A stretch of DNA of 63,966 nt, filler included, from Octopus bimaculoides (GCF_001194135.2; 4 parts of 3 records of this genome joined end to end with filler, not necessarily neighbours in it), one strand, 5' to 3'; shown: positions 38,480-53,080, counted from the first letter of the whole stretch. A program made the numbers and translations. The notes: a model not told the origin generated them from the sequence alone.

Positions 38480-38593
38480 AAGCCGTTGCAGACGGTTATC
38501 GCTTCTGGCCTCCTCCTCTCCCTCCTCTTCCTCCTCTACGACGACGACGACGACGACGACTACCACCATCACTACCACCAACTACTACTACTG

Positions 38594-38627
<34 letters not shown>

Positions 38628-38704
38628 CACTATGTCCGAAACAATATGCGCGACAACAATAACTATAAGTAGTAGTAGTGATGATGGCGGTGGTGGTGGC
38701 CGTG

Positions 38705-38735
<31 letters not shown>

Positions 38736-38807
38736 AAGCAGTAGAGCATGAGGACATAAACCCCGCTTTGCTCTCTCTTCGTCTCTCTCTCTCACCGACT
38801 ACTACTA

Positions 38808-38864
<57 letters not shown>

Positions 38865-38977
38865 TAATGTTCGAAGCAATATCCACTACAGCAATAACTA
38901 CAAGCAGTAGTAGTGATGATAGCGGTGGTGATGGTGGTGGTGGTAGTAGTACAAGTAGTAGTAGTAGTAGTAGAAGC

Positions 38978-39015
<38 letters not shown>

Positions 39016-39078
39016 CAGCAGCAACAGCAGTAGAGCCTGAGGACATAAACCCCACTCTCTCTACCTTCCTCTCTCCCT

Positions 39079-39140
<62 letters not shown>
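38480..39140. repeat. Composite triplet-repeat array (CCT/CGA/CTA/TAG/TGG) with conserved unique spacers
   Basis: Two to three units sharing spacers such as tccgaa..caatat..caataacta and agtagagc.tgaggacataaacccc. Paralogous unit at 41050-41330. Confidence 0.7.
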
Positions 39141-39141
<1 letters not shown>

Positions 39142-40133
39142 GTAAGTTTCCTCTGTTATATTCAGATCTATACATCTGGAATATCTTTCTCGCTGTACGA
39201 TATATAATTCTTAGCTTTGTACGTGTGTTATGTGAAGCAGCAATAGATACCACAGGAAAAAAAAAAGAGAAAGAAAGGACCTATTATTTGCCCTGCCCTT
39301 CTCTCTGTACCCCCTTCTAGTTGATCTGATACTTACACCACAATGAAACCCCTTTCTTTAATCGTGTCTGCTGGGGAGATAGAAACAGGGTCTAGAGAAC
39401 GAAGATTCTCAAGAAAAGCAACTGTTTTGTATATGTATAGGCGGACGTGTGGTGGGGTACTTCATGGTTACGCACGTATAAACACGGTATATATAGACAC
39501 ACAATCACTCTCGAACATATGTACATACGTGTGTACATATGTATGCTTGTATGTATGTATGTATGTATGTATGTATGTATGTATGCATGTATGTATGTAT
39601 GTATGTATGAAGGTATATATGTTCCCATGTATGCATTCATGCAAGCATGTATGTATCGAGGCATATATAGTTATTTATGTATGTATGTTCTTGGTATGAC
39701 ATTGAACTGCCGATGGTGAAGCTCCAGTTCTGGATTTATGGGAAGTGTGTAATCATCCCTTAATTGCCATTACTCCCGTTTCGTTCTAACACGGAATGGT
39801 GGTCCTTGACAAGGTCCAACTATGAATTAAATAGATTTTCCCAGGTTTAGAGGAGGTTTCTGCTATTGTTTACAGAGACAATCGCGGAAAATCCAACTTT
39901 TCTAGGAGACAGATATTCTGGCGTAAAATTTTCAGTCAAAATCGTACAAGTTTATATTGCAATGCTTATGACGACCGAGAGAGAGAGAGAGAGAGACAAA
40001 AGTGTTATGCAAGCGTTTTTCACTTAAATCCATTGACGGGCAGATGATTCATTATCATTTCAAGCTGAATGCGAGACGACTATCATCTAAGATGAAGCGA
40101 TCATCGTGCATCAATAAAGGATTTGTATGTATC

Positions 40134-40166
<33 letters not shown>

Positions 40167-40298
40167 TGTATGTATGTATGTATGTATGCATGTATGTATG
40201 TGTGTGTATGTATGTATGCATGTATGTGTGTGTATGTATGTATGTATGTATCTATCTATCTATCTATCTATCCTCCTCTCTGTCTAAATACAAACATG

Positions 40299-40371
<73 letters not shown>

Positions 40372-40964
40372 ATGCATGCTTGTTTGTATTTAGACAGAGA
40401 GGAGGATAGATAGATAGATAGATACATACATACATACATATATATATATATATGTATACATGTATAAATGTATAAATGTATGTATGTATGTATGTATGTA
40501 TGTATATCATCTTTATATAGTTTATATATACACTCAGACATATATAAATGTGTTTGTAACATCCCAGATAGGAGGTAAATATATTGAATGTATGTATATA
40601 TCACCCACACGCGCGCACACACACACGCACACACATACTCACGTACATACAAACGCCTGTTGCATCGTAACATCATACGAAGACGACATTTTATAACGTC
40701 TGTCAGCTCCAGCCCAGAAAAGTACAAACATATTGGAAAGTACAACGTCGACATGGTTTACTCATTAATTTGGAACAGGTAAATGGCTGGCAGGAGGATA
40801 TCAAATGAAATGTTCTGGTGCCTCTCTTCTACTGCTGACTCTTGCACCAAATATAGCGACCTGTAGATATCCTTTGACGGGGTACTTAAGAATATTTACT
40901 TGATATAATATACTTTTCAGTAATAAGTCGTACTAGCTTATTGTACCCATTTTGTTCTTTTTTC

Positions 40965-41001
<37 letters not shown>

Positions 41002-41261
41002 GGTAGTGGTGGTGGTGGTGTTAGTATTGGCGGTAGTTGTACTTGTAGTAGCGTTGCAGACGGTTATCGCTTCTGTCCTCCTCCTCTTCCTCCTCCTCTT
41101 CCTCCTCCTCCACGACGACGACGACGACCACCACCACCACCACCACCACCACCACCAGCACCACCACCACCACCACCACTACCACCACCACCAACTACTA
41201 CTACTACTACTACTACTACGTCCGAATCAATATCCGCGACAACAATAACTACAGCAGCAGT

Positions 41262-41293
<32 letters not shown>

Positions 41294-42024
41294 TGGTAGT
41301 GGTAACAGTAGTAGTAAAAATAGTCATACTGATGGCGTTGGTTGCGGTTGCAGTAGTAGTACTTGTGGCTGTAGTGCAGTAGTAACTATACTGGTAGTAG
41401 TAGCAGTGACAGTAGTAGCTGTAGTAGTTGTGGCTCTAGCGGTAGTACAAGTAGTAGTAGTATTAATGCAGTAGTAGTTGCGAAATTAGTTGTGGCAATA
41501 ATTGTAATAGTGGTAGTGGTGATTGTTNNNNNNNNNNNNNNNNNNNNNNNNNNNNNNNNNNNNNNNNNNNNNNNNNNNNNNNNNNNNNNNNNNNNNNNNN
41601 NNNNNNNNNNNNNNNNNNNNNNNNNNNNNNNNNNNNNNNNNNNNNNNNNNNNNNNNNNNNNNNNNNNNNNNNNNNNNNNNNNNNNNNNNNNNNNNNNNNN
41701 NNNNNNNNNNNNNNNNNNNNNNNNNNNNNNNNNNNNNNNNNNNNNNNNNNNNNNNNNNNNNNNNNNNNNNNNNNNNNNNNNNNNNNNNNNNNNNNNNNNN
41801 NNNNNNNNNNNNNNNNNNNNNNNNNNNNNNNNNNNNNNNNNNNNNNNNNNNNNNNNNNNNNNNNNNNNNNNNNNNNNNNNNNNNNNNNNNNNNNNNNNNN
41901 NNNNNNNNNNNNNNNNNNNNNNNNNNNNNNNNNNNNNNNNNNNNNNNNNNNNNNNNNNNNNNNNNNNNNNNNNNNNNNNNNNNNNNNNNNNNNNNNNNNN
42001 NNNNNNNNATATATATATATATAT

Positions 42025-42061
<37 letters not shown>

Positions 42062-42989
42062 GAGGCAAGTGTGTATATACCGCGATTAAGTGTGAGCACC
42101 CCAAGAAAAGAAAGAGAAAATCAATCCCTTTCTGGAGCAAGAATTATATTGTAAGCACTGGAAAGTTTGATACTTTCCAGTGACCTGCAACTTTACCCCG
42201 GGTTAAGATACTTGCACTCGTGCCTTAGATGAAGTTAGTAATCATTATAAGTCACTGATCGCCTGTTCTCATCTTGAAAACAATTTAATTTACAAAGAAA
42301 AATATTTACTTTCCTACAAGTCGTAAACATAGAACATGCCTATGATGATTATATACGCATCTTGCACGTCGGAAATAAATAAATGAATCAGATTGAAGGG
42401 GAAAAAAAATGTTTTTACAGAAGATAAACAGAAAAAAAAAAATTTAAGAAAATTCTATTTAATCAAAAGAATACATTTATTTTGCAACGAAAAAAGATAC
42501 AAAATAACAATTAATGATTTTCTGACAAACAAAAAAAAAAAAAATGAAAACAGTACTTGGAAAATTTTAAACGATATGATTAACAGCGACTACAACGTCA
42601 TATACGTTTTTCACTCGAGATGAGTTCGAATAGAGAAGCAAGAAATCAGTCTTGTCAGCTACCTTTCTCTTGTTGACGAAGGAAAAGTCCGTTTGGCAGA
42701 GTTGTGTGACAAAGAGACGTGCATCTATACCTGCGTTCCTTGCTTTGAACTACGATAACGAAGAAAATAACTCATCTCAGCATCTCGAATGACGCTGGAG
42801 CTTTTCTTATGGCCACGAAAGAACAATTGACCGATGTATGGAATAACATATACTTTATCTACAGTAGAAGATACTTTTTTACAAATCCAGTACAAGGATT
42901 TGTAAAACTATTTTATGGATTACATACGTACATACATACATGTATATGTGTGTATGTGTACATATGTATATGTATGTATATATATATAT

Positions 42990-43035
<46 letters not shown>

Positions 43036-43123
43036 GAGAATATACAAATAATAACAACAGACGAGGACAGGTGGTGTAAATAACAAAAGCATATATTAGT
43101 ATGACGCTCGGGAATACGGAAAG

Positions 43124-43160
43124 TCTTTGACGTTTCGAGCTACGCTCTTCAACAGAAAGA
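43124..43160 (-). ncRNA. Minimal type I hammerhead motif with A6U core variant
   Basis: Minus strand UCUUU-CUGUUGA-A-GAGC-GUA-GCUC-GAAAC-GUC-AAAGA: perfect stems I and II, palindromic ACGU stem III. Confidence 0.6.
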
Positions 43161-43265
43161 ATACGGAGACAAGGAGAAAAACACGGAGAAAAAAAAATTG
43201 AATAGTGTTCAGTCAATGGTCAATCATAATAATGATACATATATATATATACGTATTTACACGCA

Positions 43266-43309
<44 letters not shown>

Positions 43310-44246
43310 ATATGTATAAACTATGTATTTTTCTGTACTTTTATATGTATCCATAGAAGTAGTCTGCCAATGTCTGCCACAGAAATAGTTGGTTAAACAC
43401 ATTCATTAACTGCCATAAGGCATTTCATTCAACAGCTTAGATGAGCGTAATTCCTGGGTTTTATCATCTCTCCTCTGCAAATCATTAAAATCGTTGTTAC
43501 TATACTATTGACTATTACGTCATAGAAAATGATGTCAGTCTTTTTTTATGTGGCCTGCTTCTGTATTATAAACTAAAACCATAATATTTTCGTATTGTCA
43601 TTTGGGAAAGCAGATGTAGGTCTGGGCATTATTCCAATTCTCCTAATTAGAAATGAGATGATAGACACATTCTTTAGCTGCCATAAGGTATTTAATTTAA
43701 CAGCTAGATCGGTATAATTCATTATCTTTTTAACTCACTCCTACGCTGATTGCTGGTATTGATAAGTCGCTAATTACTGTACTATACTTTGTTATGCCAC
43801 GGGAAATTATATCAATCTAATTATGTGCTATCTGAGTGGAATGTTTTATATTCTAAAGTCTTATAGTATATTCGCAGTACAATTTAAGACAGAGGTAAGC
43901 GCATTGTCCTGCGGTTATGGTGTTAGATTCGCGGCCATATGATTGTGTGCTCGGTTATTGGACCAGGTGGCCTGTTGTGTTTTCAAGAGAGCCAATTTAT
44001 TTGACGCTCTTTTGATCTACTCGGCTGGAAATAAGTATCGGTCGAACACTGGTTCAGTTCTGTCTCCCTCCAGCTATCACAACCACCGAGTCAAGGGCGG
44101 AAGTTCCGAGAGAATGACTGTTGCTGCTCATGACAACATATTCTCCTAAAGCACTAAATGAAAGGTTGATATACGCTTCGATGTCATACTTGCTCGTCAC
44201 TCACGGTCATGATTGATTTACTTTTGCAGGTTCATATAAATACCAA

Positions 44247-44660
44247 AAGGAGTGGCTGTGTGGTAAGTAGCTTTCTTACCAACCACATGGTTCGGGTTCA
44301 GTCCTACTGCGTGGCACCTTGGGAAAGTGTCTTCTACTATAGCCTCGGGCCGACCAAAGCCTTGTGAGTGGATTTGGTAGACGGAAACTGAAAAGAAGCC
44401 CGTCGTATATACGTATATATATATATGTGTGTATGTGTGTGTTTGTGTGTCTGTGTTTGTCCCCCCCCCCCAACATCGCTTAACAACCGATGCTGGTGTA
44501 TTTACGTCCCCGTAACTTAGTGGTTCGTTCAAAGAGACTGATAAAATAAGTACTAGGCTTCCAAAGAATAAGTCCTGGGGTCGATTTGCTCGACTAAAAG
44601 CGGTGCTCCAGCGTGGCCGCAGTCAAATGACTGAAACAAGTAAAAGAGTAAAAGAGAGTA
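44247..44660 (+). mobile_element. SINE family A, full length
   Basis: High similarity to 23739 copy. Confidence 0.9.
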
Positions 44661-45168
44661 AAGCGAGAAACAGTTGAAGTATAACGGCTAAACAATGGAG
44701 AAGCTTAGCTACATTACTGCATCCTATTGACGCATATTTTGTCGGAGCTAGAGTAGAAAATCCTGATATAATTTGGCGTAAGATAATACACGAAGGTGCC
44801 ATTTTTCGTCTACATTGCAAAAAGTGTGGATATCCCTTTCGATATATTTACTGAAATATTCTTGCATGACAAAAATGAAGTAGTTTTCAATTGCCAGTAT
44901 ATACCCAAAATCTCTTCTAGGAAATTTCAAAAGTTCTTCTCTCGAGGCCTTTAAATGACAGATGGTTTCGACAATCAGGTGATGACTGGAAGCTGCGGTG
45001 ATTGCGGTTTATATCGCTGAAATGTATATCTGACTGAAAGGTTCACTGAAGGAGGTTCTGTCTCGGAATGCATTTCTGTGATTACCTTACAAATACACGC
45101 ACACACATACACCTACGCACAGATACACACACACATACACATAATACAAGTATGAGTGTCAGTGCGCA

Positions 45169-45200
<32 letters not shown>

Positions 45201-45988
45201 NNNNNNNNNNNNNNNNNNNNNNNNNNNNNNNNNNNNNNNNNNNNNNNNNNNNNNNNNNNNNNNNNNNNNNNNNNNNNNNNNNNNNNNNNNNNNNNNNNNN
45301 NNNNNNNNNNNNNNNNNNNNNNNNNNNNNNNNNNNNNNNNNNNNNNNNNNNNNNNNNNNNNNNNNNNNNNNNNNNNNNNNNNNNNNNNNNNNNNNNNNNN
45401 NNNNNNNNNNNNNNNNNNNNNNNNNNNNNNNNNNNNNNNNNNNNNNNNNNNNNNNNNNNNNNNNNNNNNNNNNNNNNNNNNNNNNNNNNNNNNNNNNNNN
45501 NNNNNNNNNNNNNNNNNNNNNNNNNNNNNNNNNNNNNNNNNNNNNNNNNNNNNNNNNNNNNNNNNNNNNNNNNNNNNNNNNNNNNNNNNNNNNNNNNNNN
45601 NNNNNNNNNNNNNNNNNNNNNNNNNNNNNNNNNNNNNNNNNNNNNNNNNNNNNNNNNNNNNNNNNNNNNNNNNNNNNNNNNNNNNNNNNNNNNNNNNNNN
45701 NNNNNNNNNNNNNNNNNNNNNNNNNNNNNNNNNNNNNNNNNNNNNNNNNNNNNNNNNNNNNNNNNNNNNNNNNNNNNNNNNNNNNNNNNNNNNNNNNNNN
45801 NNNNNNNNNNNNNNNNNNNNNNNNNNNNNNNNNNNNNNNNNNNNNNNNNNNNNNNNNNNNNNNNNNNNNNNNNNNNNNNNNNNNNNNNNNNNNNNNNNNN
45901 NNNNNNNNNNNNNNNNNNNNNNNNNNNNNNNNNNNNNNNNNNNNNNNNNNNNNNNNNNNNNNNNNNNNNNNNNNNNNNNNNNNNNNNN

Positions 45989-46210
45989 TTCAGGTTCCTT
46001 CAGTCCACTCAGCTGGCAAAGAAGAGTGCTACCCGTATTTCAAAGGGGCCAGCCTTGTCACACTGTTTCACGCTGAATCTCCCCGAGAACTACGTTAAGA
46101 GTTTACGTATCTGTGGAGTACTCAACCACTTGCATGTTAAATTCACAAGCAGGCTGTTCCGTCGATCGGATCAGCTGGAACCATCGTCGTCGTAGCCGAC
46201 GGAGCGCCAC
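45989..46210 (+). mobile_element. SINE family B, 3' part
   Basis: Body and tail match. Confidence 0.75.
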
Positions 46211-47209
46211 AAATAAATGCAGAACAACACATTGGAGGAATCGATGTAAGCTTAAATTAAAAAAACCGTGATAAGTGAACCGCGATTTGGTGAGGGATTA
46301 CTGTAATGGGAAGAAGAGAACAAAAGTAAGAAAAACAAAAGTAAGGAGAAAATGAAGGAAGGAAGAAAATTACCAACCAACGAAGTAATGAAGAAAGTTT
46401 TTAAAAAATGAAAGGTAGAATGAAAGATAGAAACGAATGACGAAAGAAGGATAGAAACGATGAAATAAGGAAACATAAAACAAAGAAAAAATGGGAGATG
46501 AAAGACGATAACGAAGGAAGAAAGAGAACGAAAGAATCAAAAATAAGCAAATGAAGAAGAGAGAGAGAGAAAAGGAAGGAGAGTGATAAAGTAAGAGAGA
46601 GAGAGGAAAGGAAGGAGAGTGATAAAGTAAGAGAGAGAGATGCAATATAGATGGCATGTAACAAAGAAGCGATAAAGAAATAAAAAGAATAGGGAAAAAT
46701 GGTGAAAAACAATGAAGAAACGAATGGCTTAAAAGAAGCTGTTTTTGTTTATTGTGTTTGTTTGTACAATGTCTACCCACATCATCTTTGGTGTGTTTTA
46801 CCTACATCATTGACTGACAATAATAACAAGAAGAACCGTTAGAGCTACGTTAACATAAACAACTACTCAATCGTCGCCATCGTCGCCATCATAATTACCA
46901 TCACCACCACCACTACCATCACCATCACCATCACCACCACCGTCACCACCACTACTGTTATCTTCATCACCAACGCCACCATCAACAACACCGTCGTCAC
47001 CGCTATCGACACCACGGTCATCACCACCGTCACTACAGTCTTCGTAAGCTTCAGCATCATCAACGAAAAATAGAGCAGAGACAATGAGAGAGAGAAGGGA
47101 GGGAGAGAGTGAGAGAGAGAGAGAGAGAGAGNNNNNNNNNNNNNNNNNNNNNNNNNNNNNNNNNNNNNNNNNNNNNNNNNNNNNNNNNNNNNNNNNNNNN
47201 NNNNNNNNN

Positions 47210-47266
<57 letters not shown>

Positions 47267-47384
47267 TGAGAGAGCAGCATCAAGAATTAGAAGAGCCAAT
47301 GGAGTTTCTTGTCCGAAGTCGGTTGAAAGTTCGATGTAGGTTTACTTAAAAATCTTTCTGAAATGATTTCAAGTTTCGGTTAAA

Positions 47385-47540
47385 GGCCACCAATTTTAAG
47401 GAAATTATATCGATCCAAGAATTCAACTGGTACTTATTTTATTGGTGCAAAAAGAATGAAGGGTAAAATTGACCTCGGCAGAACTTGAACTCGAAGTGTA
47501 AAGCCGGAAGAAATGTCACTAAGCATTTTGTCCGATGTTC
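47385..47540 (-). mobile_element. SINE family C
   Basis: Reverse-complement match (ttgacctcggcagaacttgaactc). Confidence 0.65.
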
Positions 47541-48547
47541 TAGCACCTTCTGAAGATAAGAATTAAGGATCGTCTGGCACTAGTTGTTTTTGCACAGAAT
47601 ATTTTGACAGCAGGATTACATACATATTTATAAACCAGATTGCATAAATTTCATATACAAATTTATACAAACATTATACAAACATGTGTTGGCGCTTTTT
47701 AAAATGAAGCCAGTTTCAGTAAAGCTGCATTATGTAAGAGGAACTCTAGTAATAGTTTTATCTAGAAATTTCTTAAAATTTACGCTTTAAATCGAATCCG
47801 TACAAATAGCTATAAAATATTTCGCGATAACGTTGAATCGTTCAGACGACACAAAATTAAGTATTTTGTTCGTGTAGTGACGGAGTGAGCGCTCAGCTTT
47901 TCCTTTACATTTAATAAATGCAAGGTCATTATATGATAGATATGCAGCCAATACTTTTAAATACCTTTTCTATCAACAAACTCAATCATTTCTGCATAAT
48001 TTATAAATATAGTCCAAGTTTTGCTTTTAATTGATAAAGCTGTTTATCCTTTTACAATGTTCATCAAACTCTGTTTCAAGACTGTAAACAGAGAGCTGAT
48101 AAAAGGGTATTTACCTCATTATTAATAAAATTAACATATACACATAGCTTATTATTCTAGCATGCATATTTTCTTAATATTGTGTTCAGGAGTAAATGTT
48201 CATATCAATATATATAAAAATAGAAAACAATATTGCCGTTATGTTTTGTTAATGAGTAAGGTGTGGTTTAAGAATCGTTTAGATATAACGGAATTCTTTA
48301 TAAAGTTCTTAGATAAAAAGGAATTATTTATAAATCGGTTCTTAGGTATAGAGAAAGGATTCTTTATATAATGCTGTGTACAAAGTCGTTGCTTTAGTGT
48401 GCGCGCACACACTCAAGCATACACACACACACATACACATAAACAAACACACATGTGCACATATATACATATATGTGTGTGTGTGTGCGTGCGTGTGTGT
48501 GTGTGTGTGTGTGTGCATGTGTGTGTATACATATATATGGTATACAC

Positions 48548-48900
48548 GTGGAGGTGCAATGGCACGGTGGTTAGGGCAGCGGACTCGCGGTCATAAGATC
48601 GCGGTTTCGATTCTCAGACCGGGCGTTGTGAGTGTTTATTGAGCGAGCGAAAACACCTACAGCTCCACGAGGCTCTGGCAGGAAGTTGTGGCGAACCCTG
48701 CTGTACTCTTTCACCACAACTTTCTCTCACTCTTTCATTCTGTTTCTCTTGTACATGTATTTCAAAGGCCAGCCTTGTCACATTCTGTGTCACGCTGAAT
48801 ATCCCCGAGAACTACGTCAAGGGTACACGTGTCTGTGGAGTACTCAGCCAGTTGCACATTAATTTCATGAGCAGGCTGTTCCGCTATTCGGATCAACTCA
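48548..48900 (+). mobile_element. tRNA-derived SINE family B
   Basis: ggaggtgcaatggcacggtggttagggcagcggactcgc..ggtttcgattc head; atttcaaaggccagccttgtcac body. Confidence 0.85.
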
Positions 48901-49252
48901 ATGAGTATTTAAGAACATAAATATAGATATTCATATCAAGAGACGCAACTTACACAAAATGCAAACGGCCGAATATTGTGATGAACTGCATTTACGAACA
49001 TTATGATGGATCTCCGGGCCCCCAGAAACAGCTGTTGGCCTTAGAACACCTTTCTTCCCCCCCTTTAATTCTCTATGCCGTTGAATCTATTAATATAAAT
49101 ATTCATATCGTTATACTTAAACATTCATCACCCTGAAAGTCTCCATTTTCTTCCTTTCTCTCGTCTTGCATGCATGCATATATGCATATTTTGTATTTCA
49201 TATCCAAACTGATATACTTAATGCATCTAATTTGTTTATTCGCGTAATTACT

Positions 49253-49288
<36 letters not shown>

Positions 49289-49306
49289 AACCTCTTTATA
49301 TATATG

Positions 49307-49354
<48 letters not shown>

Positions 49355-50625
49355 CATACATAAAAGGATATCACCGTCTACTTGTTAAGTCATTTTGCCT
49401 TCTGGTGTATTAAATATTTTGCTTAAATTAACTAAGATTGTACTGCATAGGTTCATGAGCGTCTATCTACTGTACCTACCTACCTACCTACCTACCTACC
49501 TACCTACCTACATACATACATACATACATACATACATACTCGCCAACACATGTAATATGACATATCATATCATAATATAATGCAATATGTACACACACAG
49601 AGACACACGCAATGGCTTAGTTGAAGTTAAAATAACATGGCAAACATAGGGTTGCAACAAGTGGCAAAGGGCTGTGTTGAGAACGATCCGTTCAACCCTT
49701 ACATGGATGGAAAAACGGACGTAAAATGATGATAACAATGACGATCATGTCATATAAAGATTCTGGGATATCCAACATAGGAAATGCACAATTTAAGAGT
49801 GACTAGCAAGCGTTGATAACTGCGAGGAAACTGTGCTGTGTGCGTATATATGCGTCTCTGATTGCAGTTTGTTCCCATGCACTTCTATAGTGATGTAATA
49901 TTCTGCTTGTTTAAGTAAATATATACATATTTGTGTGTACAACTTAGCTGGATATTGTATAACGTATTTTCAGAATTTCTAACAGCGTAAGTAATATGAA
50001 TTAACGTCAACCAGGAATTGAAACTTGATCTCGGCCTTGTCTCTTTAGAATTTTACTTCCGAGTCTACGTCACTCTGTTGGATGCCTGTCAGTCTTTATC
50101 TGTCAGTACAAATTAATCTATCTGCCGTTTGCTACCTGGTTCCGTGATTTTTTTAAAAATAAGACTATACGTATATGTTTAATCTGTCCATCTAAATAAA
50201 GCGTTCTTGCCTGCTCAATTATAATATATCAGTTAAAATGTAGCTTCTTTGTCTCCTCAAATATTTTATCACGCAGTCTCTCTCTCTTACTCTCCCTCTC
50301 TCCCTCTCTCTCTTTCTATCTCCTACTCTATTTTTCTGTCTCTTTTGCTGTATACGTACAAGCATGCATCCATACATCTATCCATAACACGCATTCATAC
50401 ATACATATATACATATATATATGGATACATATATGTAAGATAGCATTTATGAATGCATGTATGCATGCATGTTTATGTATATTTATATAGATATATACAC
50501 ATATGTGCATATATATGTATATATATATATGTGTACATATAATGCATATATATATGCACATATGAGTATGTATGTAAATATACATAAGCATACATACAAA
50601 AATATATATATACATACATACATAT

Positions 50626-50660
<35 letters not shown>

Positions 50661-50679
50661 CATATTTATGTGTGTGTAC

Positions 50680-50712
<33 letters not shown>

Positions 50713-51639
50713 NNNNNNNNNNNNNNNNNNNNNNNNNNNNNNNNNNNNNNNNNNNNNNNNNNNNNNNNNNNNNNNNNNNNNNNNNNNNNNNNNNNNNNNN
50801 NNNNNNNNNNNNNNNNNNNNNNNNNNNNNNNNNNNNNNNNNNNNNNNNNNNNNNNNNNNNNNNNATATATATGTATACACACACACATAAATATGTATAT
50901 ATGTGAATGTACCTGAGTGTTTGTGAGCATATGTGTATATTATATTTTATACATAAAAACCAAATTTTTACCTACACTTTTTAAAAGACTTCGCAAAATG
51001 TAAACAAATATAAAAAATCTTTTTATATTTTCAGGAGCAAGAGAATAATTAATATATGTGTATGTATACGTCTGCATGAGAGTGTGTGTATTTATACACG
51101 TATATCTACATATACACACATATACATATGTATACAAGATACATACATTCATACATCCATACTTACATCACCTGTCTTGTACGTGCAAGCCAATTATTAA
51201 AATGCTAATTAAATTCTGCAAGATGTTTTTAAAGCATTTCCAGCGTGAGGCGTTGTTTGTTTTTGTAAATAATACTTCTACCAGTATCTTAAAAGGAAGG
51301 AATTCATTGGATCGTGATAACCAAGGTGGAAAAAAAGATATAAGAAAGCGGTCGAATCCATTAAAAGTTGGGTAAAAAAGAACATGCTTGACGGTATTAT
51401 TACTTTTGTCGCGAGGGGTGTTTGTTACCTGGCCTGAGGTGATGATTGGTTATAGTTGATGAATGAAAATACGTTTCTTGGGCTGCGTGGAGAAGTAACT
51501 GAACAACACCTCACGAAGAGTTTAAATGTGCTGGTGTTTTACAAACGACAACAGCAATAATTATATGTTGGGAGAGACATACGATATACCGCTTGGAGTT
51601 TACGACGAGTTTACTGATACAGTAACCTGTTGCTGACCC

Positions 51640-52000
51640 AATGTAACTGGAAATAATTGTGCTACGTTCGTGGCGGCGGAGATTCTTGTCGTCTATCTGC
51701 CATCTGTTTTAACCGTCTTCCTGAGTCATCTGGCTGTACCATGAATGAAGACAGATATCAATCAACTACCTCAACATTCTACAATTACCGCCAAAAGTGG
51801 CCTTTACATAGGGCACAAGGAGGGGATTCTAGAAGACTGAATCACTTGATGACTTGACGCTGATTCATTACTTAATAGACCGATCACGTGAAATTACTGT
51901 GGTTCGGTCGTGATGAATGACCGGTTACCTTGCGGTTCGGTTTCGAATCACCGCTACGCTTCTGATTGGTTTCACTTTGAGTTCAATACTGCTAGGTCAC
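51640..52000. promoter_or_regulatory. CpG-rich promoter-like segment
   Basis: Non-repeat CpG-dense sequence with CACGTG (~51889) and GATTGG (CCAAT box). No gene assigned. Confidence 0.3.
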
Positions 52001-53019
52001 TTATGCATTTGTATCTTCTGGGTCGATTAAATACCGTTCCCCTCAACTACTGTAATCGACTAAACATCCCTACTTAATCTGCTGGCCTAGTGTTTAAATG
52101 AATCTAGCGGTTCGGCAAAAGAGACTGACGGAACAGGTACTAGGCTTACATAAAATAAGTCTTGGGATAGATTTGTTCGATCAAAAAACAAAAACAAAAA
52201 AAAAATGTGCGGGTTCCAGTATGGCCGCAGTCAATTGACTGAAACAAAGATAAAAGAATAAAAAAATAAAAGAATCCTAATAGTTAGATTACTTCTTTCT
52301 CTCTCTGTGTTTCATTCTTCTTTCTGTTTCCTTCCTTCCCTCCCTCCTTTTTTTCTTTCTCATTCCAAATAGTAAATCTCTAGTAAGATCTTGATCAAAG
52401 CAATTTACACAGTCTATCTAAGCATATTTGCTGTATCATCTTTGAATCAAATATTTTATGAACACATGAACTTTGAATGGCATCTGTAGTGCTTTCCTTT
52501 TTTTTTTATTAGTTTTTAGTTTATTTCAAATACTTTCCTCTTGTTTATTATTGAGATGTTTTTAATCACACATGTACATTCCGTTTTATCTCTCTCCATC
52601 TTTGTTCGTTTTGTTGTACATAATTAGCTCCCTTTGATTTTGATTTGCTTTCTTGCCATATTCTTATGTAGGATTATTAATACAACAATTCCCGACATTC
52701 TTACGGAATGGAATAAATCTTTGTATATGAACTCATACATGCCTGTACGCACGCATGTATGTATGTATGTATGTATGTATGTATGTATGTATCTATCTAT
52801 CTATCTATCTTTCTATGTGTATATGTAAGCATGTATGTATGTACGTATCTATCTGTGCATATGTAAGTATGGATACACACAGCCACACACACGTGTACAC
52901 ACACACACATACATTCGCACACACGCACACATGCTCACACACACACACGCACACACGCACACACACACACACACGAACACATATATATGAACGTATTTAT
53001 ACACTTAAAAGGGAAACAT

Positions 53020-53080
<61 letters not shown>

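Noticed and set aside
38480-41330. CRISPR-like or other prokaryotic repeat-spacer system
   Set aside because: The conserved parts are short spacers between variable microsatellites, with no constant direct repeat or cas genes, in an animal genomic context.
46860-47060. Gly/Asp-rich ORF (and similar Thr/Pro-rich text at 25420-25760)
   Set aside because: Decayed triplet microsatellite, with no splice or homology support.
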